Source: Vicinamibacterales bacterium (GTDB lineage: Bacteria > Acidobacteriota > Vicinamibacteria > Vicinamibacterales > 2-12-FULL-66-21). Taken from it: a stretch of DNA of 64,000 nt. This document shows, one piece after another, positions 7,976 to 17,312 of the stretch (positions are counted from its first letter, which is position 1; the number at the start of each line of letters is the position of its first letter). Made by a program: the position numbers and the translations under genes. The DNA lies in contig DATJIW010000097.1 of the NCBI GenBank assembly GCA_035492775.1, positions 2,500 to 66,499 of the forward strand, given 5' to 3'. Under the pieces are notes generated by a model. That model saw only the letters and a program-made list of their open reading frames with translations, did no database searches and was not told the origin of the DNA.

Positions 7976-10561
7976 CTATTCCGCCCTCAGCGTCCCGAGA
8001 GGCTTGCGCCGCAGGACGTCGTAGCTCGCTGCGACGCCTACCACCCCGACGAGCAGCGTCGTCAACGCGGCGCCCGCCAGCGCTACGAACGGCTGCGGGC
8101 GCCAGGGGATGTCGAGCACATGCCGGCACACCGCCCAGCTGAACGCCATCGCGCCGGCGCCGCCGACGACGCCGGCGAGCAGGCCCAGCGTGGCGTACTC
8201 GAAGCCGAGCATGGCACCGAGCGTCCGCGTGCTGGCGCCGAGCGTCCGCAGAATCGCAGCCTCGTAGACCCGTTGAAATTTGGTCATCGCGACGGCCCCG
8301 ATGAGGATGAGCACGCCGCTCCCGAGCGCGACGCCGCCAACGACTGAGATCGCGATGGTGATCGTGCGGACGGCCTTCTGAACCGTCGTGAGAATCTCGC
8401 GGACGTCGATGGCGGAGATGTTGGGAAACTCGGTGACGAGGTCGCGCTGGAACCGTCCGCGTGCGGTCGGGTCCTGCGGCGCGCGCAGGATGCCGATCCA
8501 CGTTTGAGGCGCGTGCGCGAACGGCCCGGGGCGGAAGACGAACATGAATCCGCCGTTTCGCGCGTCCTCCCATTCGACTTTCCTGATGCTCGTCACCGTT
8601 GCCGGCAGGATGCGCCCGAGCACGTCGAACTGCATCACGTCGCCGACGTTGACGCGGAAATTGTCATGGATGTTCTCTTCGATCGAGACTTCGATGACGG
8701 GCGCATTCTCCGGCAGCGGCGAGTGCGGTGACCAGAACGTGCCGCTCATCACCGTCTCGTTGGGCTCGAGATGATCGCGATACGTGATCGTGTATTCGCG
8801 TCCCTGATTGCGGACATCGCGAAACGTGGACGCGCCAGCGGGACGCACGCCCGTTACCCGCGCGCGCAGCACCGGGATCAGCCGCGGCGGCCCGGCATCG
8901 GCCGCCTTCCGCGCCTCGAGAAACGCGCGCACCCGGTCGACCTGGTCGGGCAGGATCTCGATCAGAAACATGTCTGCGCCGCTCTCGGAGAGCTGAACCG
9001 AGAACTGCTGCAGCAGGTTCGACTGCAGGACCCGGACACCGATCACGAAGAAGCTGCCGAGGCCGACGGCGAGCAGGATGACGCGCGTCTGATTACCCGG
9101 GCGTCCGAGACTGAGCACGGCGTGTCGGAGTGCAAACGATTTTGCTCTCGCGATCGGCCGCACGGCATGGATCAGGCCGGCACTCGCGAGCTGCAGCACG
9201 AGCGCGACGGCGGCGAAGCCGACGACCACGACCACCCCTACACGCAGCGAGGCCGCCTGCCAGCTCGCAATCGCCACGAGACCCGCAGCCATGACCACCG
9301 CCGCAGCCGCCTGCAGGCGATCGACGCGCGCGAGCCGATCCCGGATACCACCGACCGTCCACCACGCGCGTGCGGGGGCGGCGGATGGCGACGCACCGCG
9401 AATGAGGAGCAGCGGCTTGACCCTGCGCACTTCGAGCAGCGGCACGACGGAGAACAGCAGCGACACCAGCACTCCGACGCTGACCCCCTGCACGACAGCG
9501 GAGCCGGTGAGCCCGTACGTGCTCACGCCGAGCGCGGCCCCAACCGATGGAGGAATGGACGCGATGCCGATTCGCGCGAGCAGAACACCGAGCGCGCTTC
9601 CCGATAGCCCGAGCAGCACGACCTGCGCCACATATGCAGCCAGCACCTGCCCCGTCGTCGCGCCCAAACACTTGAGAATGGCGACGCTCTTCACTTTCTG
9701 CCGCACGAACACGCGCGTCACGCTCCACACGCCGATGCCGCCGAGCACGAGAATCACGAAGCCGACCAGGCTCAGGTGGTTCTCCGCGCGCGCCATGTCG
9801 TTGCCGATGGCATCTTCGGTCGAACGGTAAGTGCGCACCCCGATGAAGCGATCGCGGAACTGTGCGCGGATCGTTTTCGCGAAGCCGTCGACCGCTGACG
9901 GCGGCATCTTCAGAAGAATCTCGTAGTCGGCGCGACTGCCATACGTGAGCAGCCCGCTCGCGCGCAAATCCCCGAGGTCCACCAGCACCCGCGACCCGAG
10001 ACTGAAGGAGCCGGCACGGCGTCCCGGCTCCTCGGCGATGATGCCGCGGATGGAATAGGCGCGGCCGCCGATGACGATGCGGTCGCCGACGGAGATGCCG
10101 AGCTGCGCGAGCAGTTCCGGTCGAACCAGCGCGCCGTTGTTGGCGAGCAGATCGTGCGAGTACGGCTGGCCGTTCTGCAACGAGAGCGTCCCGTACAACG
10201 GAAAGGCGGCGTTCACACCGCGCAATTCCACCATCTTCGCGGCGGCAACCCCGTGCCCCGCTTCCGGCCGCGCCATCGTCGGGGTCGAGATCGAGTCGAC
10301 GCGTGCCGTCACCGGCGCGGCGGCGATCGCCTGTTCGAGCGCGGCGCGGACGCTGTCCGACATCGGCCGGTTCGTGCTGATGGCCACGTCTCCGCCGACG
10401 ATGGCGCGCGCCTCGCGCGATAGACCGGTCCGGACGCTTTGGATGATCGAACGGAGCGCAACGATCGCCCCAACGCCGACCGCGACGCACACGAAGAAGA
10501 ACAGCAGACGCCGCCACGACGCGCGGACCTCGCGCGCCGCCATGAGCAGGACGAATCTCAT
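7976..10561 (-). CDS. YbbP-like ABC transporter permease (duplicated FtsX)
   Basis: 861 aa with two FtsX-type modules. The start overlaps the upstream ATPase stop by 4 nt. Confidence 0.85.
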   Translation of the reverse strand: MRFVLLMAAREVRASWRRLLFFFVCVAVGVGAIVALRSIIQSVRTGLSREARAIVGGDVAISTNRPMSDSVRAALEQAIAAAPVTARVDSISTPTMARPEAGHGVAAAKMVELRGVNAAFPLYGTLSLQNGQPYSHDLLANNGALVRPELLAQLGISVGDRIVIGGRAYSIRGIIAEEPGRRAGSFSLGSRVLVDLGDLRASGLLTYGSRADYEILLKMPPSAVDGFAKTIRAQFRDRFIGVRTYRSTEDAIGNDMARAENHLSLVGFVILVLGGIGVWSVTRVFVRQKVKSVAILKCLGATTGQVLAAYVAQVVLLGLSGSALGVLLARIGIASIPPSVGAALGVSTYGLTGSAVVQGVSVGVLVSLLFSVVPLLEVRRVKPLLLIRGASPSAAPARAWWTVGGIRDRLARVDRLQAAAAVVMAAGLVAIASWQAASLRVGVVVVVGFAAVALVLQLASAGLIHAVRPIARAKSFALRHAVLSLGRPGNQTRVILLAVGLGSFFVIGVRVLQSNLLQQFSVQLSESGADMFLIEILPDQVDRVRAFLEARKAADAGPPRLIPVLRARVTGVRPAGASTFRDVRNQGREYTITYRDHLEPNETVMSGTFWSPHSPLPENAPVIEVSIEENIHDNFRVNVGDVMQFDVLGRILPATVTSIRKVEWEDARNGGFMFVFRPGPFAHAPQTWIGILRAPQDPTARGRFQRDLVTEFPNISAIDVREILTTVQKAVRTITIAISVVGGVALGSGVLILIGAVAMTKFQRVYEAAILRTLGASTRTLGAMLGFEYATLGLLAGVVGGAGAMAFSWAVCRHVLDIPWRPQPFVALAGAALTTLLVGVVGVAASYDVLRRKPLGTLRAE

Positions 10562-11244
10562 GATGCCGCGGCGCCGCGCGCGCCGGCGGCGACGATCCGT
10601 CCGTCCCGCAGCGCAATGGTGGTGTCTGCGAGCGCCGCGAGTTCAGCGTCGTGCGTCACCAGCACCACGGTCGTCCGGCGGCGGCGGTTGACGTCGATGA
10701 GGAGCTGAATGACCTGGTGGCCCGTCGCGCTGTCCAGATTGCCGGTCGGTTCGTCCGCGAGCAGCAGCGGGGGATCGTTCGCGAGCGCGCGCGCGATCGC
10801 CACGCGCTGCTGCTCTCCTCCGGACAGCTGCGACGGATAGTGATGGCGGCGCGCGGAGAGTCCCACTTCCGCGAGGAGCGCATCGGCGCGCGTGCCCGGG
10901 TCCGGCGCGCCTGCGATTTCGAGCGGGACGCGGACGTTCTCGATTGCCGTGAGCGACGGCAGCAGGTGGAAGAACTGAAAGACGAAGCCGATTCGCGATC
11001 CCCGGAACCGGGCGAGGGCATCCTCCGACATCGCGGTGATGTCCGAACCGTCGATCAGGATCCGCCCGGAGGACGGCGCGTCGAGTCCCGCGATGAGACC
11101 GAGCAAGGTGGACTTGCCGCTGCCCGACGGGCCCGTGATGGCGACGACGCCCCCGGCGTCGATCCGCAGATCCAGCGGGTGCAGGATCGTGAGCATCGTG
11201 TCGCCGCTCGGAACGGTCCGAGAGATGTTCTGCAGCTCAATCAT
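10558..11244 (-). CDS. YbbA-like ABC transporter ATP-binding protein
   Basis: [11 protein letters not shown]..., [40 protein letters not shown] 11244 forms an ATGA overlap with the tesA-like stop. Confidence 0.9.
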   Translation of the reverse strand: MIELQNISRTVPSGDTMLTILHPLDLRIDAGGVVAITGPSGSGKSTLLGLIAGLDAPSSGRILIDGSDITAMSEDALARFRGSRIGFVFQFFHLLPSLTAIENVRVPLEIAGAPDPGTRADALLAEVGLSARRHHYPSQLSGGEQQRVAIARALANDPPLLLADEPTGNLDSATGHQVIQLLIDVNRRRRTTVVLVTHDAELAALADTTIALRDGRIVAAGARGAAAS

Positions 11245-11954
11245 GACGCATGCACCGCGTCGACCATCGGCTTGAGGGTGTGCCAGACGGTCTCGGCGAC
11301 GATCTGCGTCCCCTGGATGTTGGGATGGATGCCGTCGGACTGGTTCAGATCCGCGCGGCCCGCCACGCGGTCCAGCATGAACGGCACGAGCGCCACGTGA
11401 TAACGGTCGGCAAGATCGCGATATACCTGGCGGAAGGACCGCGCGTACTCCGACCCGTAATTCGGAGGCGCCTCCATGCCGAGCAACAGGACCTCGATCT
11501 GCCGCCGCTGCGCGCGTTCGATGATCGCCGACAGGTTCTTCTTCAGCTCGTCGACGGGCAATCCGCGCAGGCCGTCGTTCGCGCCCAGTTCCAGGATGAG
11601 AATCTTGACGTTGCCGTCCTGCAACGCCCAATCGAGGCGGGCCAGGCCCGCGGCAGAGGTATCACCGGACACCCCCGAATTCACGACATCGAAGTCGTAG
11701 CCGGCGCGGTCCAGGTCCGTCTGCAGCAGGCTCGGATACGACTGCGATTCCTGGAGACCGAGACCCGCGGTCAGACTGTCTCCGAGCGCAACAATTTTGG
11801 GCCGCGTGTCAGCAGCCGGCGCGGCGGCAGCGGGTGGTGCGGCGGTCGAGGCGGCCGAAGCCGTCGCGTCCACCGGCGCCGCACGCCGGCACGCTGACGG
11901 CGCGATCGCCAGCATCGCAGCGGCCGCCATCGCCGCCGCACAGGAAGAACGCAT
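11241..11954 (-). CDS. SGNH/GDSL arylesterase (TesA-like)
   Basis: Signal peptide, then IVALGDSLTAGLG (GDS block), GANDGLRG, and DGIHPN near the C-terminus. Confidence 0.85.
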   Translation of the reverse strand: MRSSCAAAMAAAAMLAIAPSACRRAAPVDATASAASTAAPPAAAAPAADTRPKIVALGDSLTAGLGLQESQSYPSLLQTDLDRAGYDFDVVNSGVSGDTSAAGLARLDWALQDGNVKILILELGANDGLRGLPVDELKKNLSAIIERAQRRQIEVLLLGMEAPPNYGSEYARSFRQVYRDLADRYHVALVPFMLDRVAGRADLNQSDGIHPNIQGTQIVAETVWHTLKPMVDAVHAS

Positions 11955-11991
11955 ACTTCATTATAGGAAACGCTTATAAGATCGAGGGCAG

Positions 11992-12237
11992 ATGGCACGC
12001 GGCTGGGAATCCAAGAACATCGAATCGCAGCAGGAGGACGCCGGACGTGCGCGCAACAGGCCGCCGGCGTTGACGCCCGAGGAACGGGCCAAACGCGCCC
12101 GGCGCCACTCCCTCGAACTCGCGCGCGCCCGCGCCGCCGCCGATCTGGAGCGTGCCACCGCTCCCGCACACCGATCCATGCTCGAACAGGCCATCAAGAC
12201 GCTCGACCAGCAGATCGGCGAGTTGGCGAATTCCTGA
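11992..12237 (+). CDS. Small hypothetical protein (MARGWESK...)
   Basis: 81-aa ORF in an AT-richer divergent gap. Charged and helical, with coding-like third-position GC. Confidence 0.45.
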   Translation: MARGWESKNIESQQEDAGRARNRPPALTPEERAKRARRHSLELARARAAADLERATAPAHRSMLEQAIKTLDQQIGELANS

Positions 12238-12273
12238 ATTCGCGACTCCAAGCTCACCCATTCAGCATTAGTC

Positions 12274-12289
12274 TGGCCCGTCCTTTGCT
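12274..12289 (+). promoter_or_regulatory. Sigma-54-like motif TGGCCC-N5-TTGCT
   Basis: GG and GC at the canonical 12-nt offset, in an intergenic gap 15 nt upstream of ATG 12304. One mismatch in the -24 box. Confidence 0.3.
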
Positions 12290-12303
12290 CCAACCCGAAG
12301 CGT

Positions 12304-13092
12304 ATGGGCACCAAGGACGTGGTTCGCATCGCCGCCCTCGGTGATCTCCACTTCGGAAAGACATCCGCCCCCGGTTCTCTGCAGCCGCTGTTCGGCCAGA
12401 TCTCGGAATCCGCCGACATCCTGGTGCTCGCGGGCGATCTGACCGACTACGGACTCGCGGACGAGGCCCGGGCGCTGGCGAAAGAAGTAGCCTCGATCCG
12501 GATTCCGATCGTCGCGGTCCTTGGCAACCACGACTACGAAAGTAATCAGCAGGACGAGATCACGCGCATCCTGAAGGACGCGGGCGTGGTGATGCTCGAC
12601 GGCGACACGACCGAGGCGCTCGGCGTCGGGTTCGCGGGCGTCAAGGGGTTCGCCGGCGGCTTCGGCCGGCGTGCGCTTGGTCCGTGGGGCGAGCAGATCA
12701 TCAAGAACTTCGTCCGGGAAGCCGTAGACGAAGCGCTCAAGCTCGAGTCCGCGCTCGCGCGCCTGAGGAACGATCGGATCATCGTCGTGCTCCACTACGC
12801 GCCGATCCAGGCTACGGTGGAAGGCGAACCGGTCGATATCTATCCGTTCCTCGGCTGCAGCCGCCTCGAAGACCCGATCACGCGATTCCCGGTTTCCGCG
12901 GTCTTCCACGGACACGCCCATCACGGCGCTCCCGAAGGACGGACGCGGACGAACGTCCCGGTGTTCAACGTATCGATCTCGCTGATGCGCGACGTTTTTC
13001 CGGAACGGCCGTTCCGGCTCGTCGAAGTCGGACCCGGCGCCGCAAGCGAGCGGCGGAGCGGGTCCGACCGGCGCATGGAGATTCACCAATGA
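12304..13092 (+). CDS. Metallophosphoesterase
   Basis: GDLHFG, LAGDLTDYG, LGNHDYE and HGHAH blocks. Confidence 0.85.
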   Translation: MGTKDVVRIAALGDLHFGKTSAPGSLQPLFGQISESADILVLAGDLTDYGLADEARALAKEVASIRIPIVAVLGNHDYESNQQDEITRILKDAGVVMLDGDTTEALGVGFAGVKGFAGGFGRRALGPWGEQIIKNFVREAVDEALKLESALARLRNDRIIVVLHYAPIQATVEGEPVDIYPFLGCSRLEDPITRFPVSAVFHGHAHHGAPEGRTRTNVPVFNVSISLMRDVFPERPFRLVEVGPGAASERRSGSDRRMEIHQ

Positions 13093-14036
13093 AGCTCCTC
13101 TTCGTCTGGGTCGCCGCCGCGTTGATCGCGTCGGCATCGAGCGCACAACAGCAGCCGAGAACGGTCCCGCGGGTCCCTCGGATCCCGCCGGCCGCGATGC
13201 GGGCCCTGCAAACGCAGGTCATGCTCGATCGCGCCGGGTATTCGCCCGGTGAAATCGACGGCGCAATGGGGACCAACACGAAAAATGCGCTCGCCGCATT
13301 TCAGAAGGGAGGCGGCGACGCCTCCGCGCTGCCATCGGACGCCATCGTTTCGTACCGCATCACCGACGAAGATGCCGCCGGGCCGTTCACGCCGGACATT
13401 CCCGATGACCTGGTCGAACAGTCGAAGCTCGACTCGCTCGGTTACAGGGATCTGCTCGAACTTCTCGGCGAGCGGTTCCACTGCAGTCCGGCGCTGCTGC
13501 GCCGCCTGAATCCGAACGCGCAGTTCACGGCGGGCGCCGAGATCGTGGTCCCGAACGTCCAGGGCACGATCGATCCCACCCGGCCGCCGCAGGATGGAGA
13601 GACGCCGCCGAGGCAAAACGGCGTCGACGTGACGCTGACCGTCACGCGAAGCACGTCGACGCTCGTCGTTGCGGACGAGGGCGGCACGACGATCTTCTTT
13701 GCCCCGGTGACGACGGGCAGCGAGCACGATCCCCTGCCGATTGGCAACTGGAAGGTCACCGGCGTTCAGCACGATCCGTCCTTCCACTACAATCCGGAGC
13801 TGTTCTGGGACGCGGATCCGAAGAATACGAAGGCGGTCATCAAGCCCGGGCCGAACAATCCCGTGGGCGTGGTCTGGATCGATATCGATCGGCCGCATTA
13901 CGGGCTGCATGGCACGCCGGAGCCGTCACAGATCGGCAAGACGACATCGCACGGCTGCGTCCGCCTCACGAACTGGGATGCGCTCAGGGTGGCGTCATTC
14001 GTCCACCCCGGAACGCGCGTGGTCTTCGCGCAATGA
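13089..14036 (+). CDS. L,D-transpeptidase (YkuD) with PG-binding-like N-terminal domain
   Basis: ATGA overlap with the upstream gene, signal peptide, and the catalytic motif HGTPEP...SHGCVRL. Confidence 0.85.
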   Translation: MKLLFVWVAAALIASASSAQQQPRTVPRVPRIPPAAMRALQTQVMLDRAGYSPGEIDGAMGTNTKNALAAFQKGGGDASALPSDAIVSYRITDEDAAGPFTPDIPDDLVEQSKLDSLGYRDLLELLGERFHCSPALLRRLNPNAQFTAGAEIVVPNVQGTIDPTRPPQDGETPPRQNGVDVTLTVTRSTSTLVVADEGGTTIFFAPVTTGSEHDPLPIGNWKVTGVQHDPSFHYNPELFWDADPKNTKAVIKPGPNNPVGVVWIDIDRPHYGLHGTPEPSQIGKTTSHGCVRLTNWDALRVASFVHPGTRVVFAQ

Positions 14037-14743
14037 ATCTCCGGCACGTCCTCGCGAGCGGCCTGCTCGGGTTCGTCCTCGGGGCGTTCGTAGTCGCGTC
14101 CTTTCAGAATGTTGCCGGCCACCGCGAAGTGCCGGCGGCGCCGACCCGCGACAGCGCCGTCGACGAACCCGCCGCGGCGATTCCCTCACCGGCAACCGAG
14201 ACCGCGACGACCGGCCATGTCAGCGCACCGGCGGCCCCTGGTGCCGCGCCGGCATCGCCGGTCGCGCCCTCTGGCGCTCCCGCCGGTCCCGCGGCGGAGG
14301 TCGAGCGCGAACTCGTGGCGCGCGATCTGACGATTCCGGTGCAAGGCGTCACTGCCGAAAAGCTGGTGCGCTCCTTCACCGACGCGCGGACCGGTCACGA
14401 GCACGATGCGATCGACATCCTCGCGCCGAGGAACACACCGGTTCTGGCAGTGGAGGACGGCACGATTGCCAAGCTGTTCCTCAGCAAGCTCGGTGGCAAC
14501 ACGATTTACCAGTTCGATCCGTCGCAACGCTTCTGCTACTACTACGCGCACCTGCAGCGATACGCGGACGGCCTGAAAGAGGGCGACGCGGTCCATCGCG
14601 GACAGGTCATCGGGTATGTGGGAACAAGCGGCAACGCGCCGCCCGACACGCCGCACCTTCATTTCGCGATTTCTGTGCTGAACGGAGATCACCACTGGTG
14701 GGAGGGCACTCCGGTCGACCCGTACGACGCGCTCGTTCGGTAA
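14033..14743 (+). CDS. M23-family metallopeptidase, membrane anchored
   Basis: ATGA overlap, N-terminal TM, HDAIDI ... GTSGNA..PHLHF motifs. Confidence 0.85.
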   Translation: MNLRHVLASGLLGFVLGAFVVASFQNVAGHREVPAAPTRDSAVDEPAAAIPSPATETATTGHVSAPAAPGAAPASPVAPSGAPAGPAAEVERELVARDLTIPVQGVTAEKLVRSFTDARTGHEHDAIDILAPRNTPVLAVEDGTIAKLFLSKLGGNTIYQFDPSQRFCYYYAHLQRYADGLKEGDAVHRGQVIGYVGTSGNAPPDTPHLHFAISVLNGDHHWWEGTPVDPYDALVR

Positions 14744-14789
14744 CCTGAGGCCAGGCAGATCGCCAGGACCCCCCAGTCCGTCCCATCCT

Positions 14790-14819
14790 TCAAACCTTTT
14801 GCCGGTGTCCTTCATCCAA
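14790..14819 (+). promoter_or_regulatory. Possible ECF-type promoter TCAAAC-N19-TCCAA
   Basis: Same box spacing as the TGAAAC-N19-TCTAA pair at 58927-59004. It sits directly upstream of the ECF sigma ATG at 14824, so the predicted +1 is at or near the ATG. Confidence 0.3.
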
Positions 14820-14823
14820 CGGT

Positions 14824-15417
14824 ATGCAAGGATTGGATTTGGAGGCGCTGGCGCTGCACGCTGAGGCGGAGAGCTTCACGACCCAGGACTCACGGTCCGA
14901 CGTGGCCCGAGCCGCGGCAGGGGACGTCCGGGCGTTCGAAGCCGTCTATCGCGCGCACCTCCCCCGCGTGCACAGCCTCGTCCGCCGGATGACCGGCGGC
15001 CGGGACGCGGACGAACTCACCCAGGACGTCTTCGTGCGGGTGTGGCAGAAGCTGGCGACGTTCCGTGGAGATGCATCGTTCACGACGTGGCTGCACCGGC
15101 TGACGGTGAACGTCGTGATCGAGCGCTTCCGCTCTGAACAGACGAGCCGGCGGCGGCTGCACGACGGCGAGGAGATCTTCGAGACGCTCCCGGGACGCGC
15201 GTCGTCCGGGGACCTGTCAATGGATTTCGAGAGCGCGATGGAGAAGCTCCCGGACGGCGCACGCGAGATCTTCGTGCTGCACGACGTCGAAGGCTACAAG
15301 CACAAGGAGATCGGGACGCTGCTCGGCATCTCCCCGGGCACATCGAAGGCACAGCTGCATCGCGCACGCATGATGCTCCGGAAACATCTTGGCCATGCGA
15401 GACCCGGGATTGGATGA
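14824..15417 (+). CDS. ECF (sigma-70 family) RNA polymerase sigma factor
   Basis: Region 2 (ELTQDVFVRVWQ) and region 4 (REIFVLHDVEGYKHKEIGTLLGISPGTSKAQLHRAR). Confidence 0.9.
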   Translation: MQGLDLEALALHAEAESFTTQDSRSDVARAAAGDVRAFEAVYRAHLPRVHSLVRRMTGGRDADELTQDVFVRVWQKLATFRGDASFTTWLHRLTVNVVIERFRSEQTSRRRLHDGEEIFETLPGRASSGDLSMDFESAMEKLPDGAREIFVLHDVEGYKHKEIGTLLGISPGTSKAQLHRARMMLRKHLGHARPGIG

Positions 15418-15421
15418 CGCC

Positions 15422-16093
15422 ATGAGCGACAGGTGGACCAACCGACTTTCTGAGTACCTCGACGACGACTTGTCCGCGTCGGAGCGCCGTTCCGTGGAAG
15501 CGCATCTGCAGGAGTGCGCTGACTGCAGGACGACGCTGGCGGAGCTTCATGGCGTCGTGGAACGCGCCGGGTCGCTGCCTGCCCGTCCTCCGGTGAGCGA
15601 CCTGTGGGACGGCATCGAGACACGAATCGGGGCGACCGCCCCGCCCGCCTCGCGGCGATCGGCCTGGCGGATCTCGTTCACGCTCCCCCAGTTCGCGGCC
15701 GCGGCTCTGGCGCTGATGGTACTGTCGGGCGGCGCCGTGTGGATCGCGCAGCACGGCGGGCGCGCGACGTCGCTGCAGACGGTCGGCGCCACCGCCAACG
15801 CGAGTGGCGGCGAACGCCGCGTGCCCGTGACGTTCTCGGACGCGAACTACGACGAGGCGGTTGCCGATCTCGAGCAGGCGCTCCAGAGCGGCCGCGGCTC
15901 GCTCGATCCGCAGACGATCGACATCATCGAGAACAACCTGCAGGCAATCGATCGGGCGATCGATCAGTCGCGCCACGCGCTCGAACAGGATCCGGCAAAC
16001 ATCTATCTCAATAACCATCTTGCGGAGGCGAAACAGCAGAAGCTGACGCTTCTCCGTCAGGCAACGGCAATCGCCAGCACAAAGGGATCCTGA
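15422..16093 (+). CDS. Anti-sigma factor (zf-HC2), single TM
   Basis: LSEYLDDDLSASERRSVEAHLQECADCR is a zf-HC2 motif. There is a central TM, and the gene lies directly after the sigma gene. Confidence 0.75.
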   Translation: MSDRWTNRLSEYLDDDLSASERRSVEAHLQECADCRTTLAELHGVVERAGSLPARPPVSDLWDGIETRIGATAPPASRRSAWRISFTLPQFAAAALALMVLSGGAVWIAQHGGRATSLQTVGATANASGGERRVPVTFSDANYDEAVADLEQALQSGRGSLDPQTIDIIENNLQAIDRAIDQSRHALEQDPANIYLNNHLAEAKQQKLTLLRQATAIASTKGS

Positions 16094-16989
16094 TGCTGAT
16101 TGGGACCGTCCTCGTGGTCGCCGCGCTCGCGCAGGCGCCGCCGACGCAGGCCAGGGCTCCGCAGAGGGACGAAACCGTCAACGTCCGGCGCGGCTCACGG
16201 CTCATCGTCAACAACTTCGCGGGTGAGGTCGTGATCCATACGTGGGACAAGGACAGCCTGCACATCGTGGCGCGGCACCAGAACCGCACGAAAGTCGAAA
16301 TCAAGCAATCGCCGTCCAGCGTGTCCATCAGCGCGTCGGGCGAGATGGGACCGGCAGGCTCCGTCGACTACGACATTACCGCTCCGTCATGGATGCCCGT
16401 GAAGGTTGACGGCACGTACTGCTTCATCACGGTAGACGGAACGCAGGCGGAGGTGACCGCCGAGAGCGTTCGCGGCGACATCACGATCAAGGGGGGCACG
16501 GGGTTCGTCACCGCCAAATCCGTCGAAGGCTCGGTCGTCGTCGACGGCACACGCGGGAAATTGACCGTCAGCTCGGTGAACGAGCATGTCGACATCACCG
16601 ATGCGAGCGGCGACATTACCGCGGATGCGATCAACGGCGGTATTCAGCTCCAGCGGATCGCATCGAAGAGCGTGGACGTCTCGACGGTGAACGGCACGAT
16701 CGGCTATCAGGGCAGCATCGCGGACGGCGGGCACTACAGCTTCGCCACGCACAACGGTAACGTGCTCCTCGACGTTCCGGAGAACGCGAATGCAACCGTC
16801 AGCGTGCGGACCTATAGCGGAAGCTTCCACAGTGCCTTTGCCGCACTGCAGCCGCCGAACCGGTCGGAGATGCAGCGGGGCAAACGCGTCACGATGACGA
16901 TGGGGAACGGAAGCGCGGATGTCACGCTGGAATCGTTCGGGGGGACGATCAGAGTCGGCCCCGGCGTGGTTGCAAGGGAAAAACGCTGA
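16093..16989 (+). CDS. DUF4097-like beta-strand repeat protein
   Basis: 1-nt overlap with the anti-sigma stop, signal peptide, and repeated V.G.I....G..V.A motifs typical of DUF4097 partners of ECF/anti-sigma pairs. Confidence 0.7.
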   Translation: MLIGTVLVVAALAQAPPTQARAPQRDETVNVRRGSRLIVNNFAGEVVIHTWDKDSLHIVARHQNRTKVEIKQSPSSVSISASGEMGPAGSVDYDITAPSWMPVKVDGTYCFITVDGTQAEVTAESVRGDITIKGGTGFVTAKSVEGSVVVDGTRGKLTVSSVNEHVDITDASGDITADAINGGIQLQRIASKSVDVSTVNGTIGYQGSIADGGHYSFATHNGNVLLDVPENANATVSVRTYSGSFHSAFAALQPPNRSEMQRGKRVTMTMGNGSADVTLESFGGTIRVGPGVVAREKR

Positions 16990-17020
16990 CCGCCGCGCGG
17001 GCGAGATCGTGTCAGACGAA

Positions 17021-17266
17021 TCAGGACGCTCGCCGCGCCCACGGTCCCAGCACCCGGCCGCGGGGGATGGGCACCTGCCATCCCTGTGCGCGGAGGGATC
17101 GCTCCAGTTCCTCCGTGCGTCGAAGAAGGGTCATCGGGTCCGAATACCGCTCGACTTCCTGGCTTCCGTCCGGGCTCGTGATCACGAGTTCGTAGTCGTG
17201 GCCGTCCGGCTGCCGCCGAATCTCGTACCGGAGCCGCGAATCCTGGCGCTCGAAGAACCAGATCAT
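17021..17266 (-). CDS. Small hypothetical protein
   Basis: 81-aa ORF with a clean ATG. Composition is not Arg/Ala shadow-like. Confidence 0.45.
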   Translation of the reverse strand: MIWFFERQDSRLRYEIRRQPDGHDYELVITSPDGSQEVERYSDPMTLLRRTEELERSLRAQGWQVPIPRGRVLGPWARRAS

Positions 17267-17312
17267 GGCGCCAGACGTATCGGCGCCTGTCGAGCCCGGC
17301 TTTAATGGCCCG

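Noticed and set aside
9093-10616. 507-aa alternative-frame ORF inside the YbbP-like permease gene
   Set aside because: Same-strand out-of-frame shadow with Arg-rich composition. The annotated frame shows FtsX modules and operon coupling.
11993-12007. TGGCAC-N5-TGGG at the start of the small ORF 11992..12237
   Set aside because: It has no TTGC-like -12 box and is simply the codons ATG GCA CGC GGC TGG.
12222-12243. GCGAATTC-CT-GAATTCGC palindrome over the stop of ORF 11992..12237 as a terminator
   Set aside because: The loop would be only 2 nt, so the effective stem is about 6 bp, and no T-run follows. It was kept only as a note.
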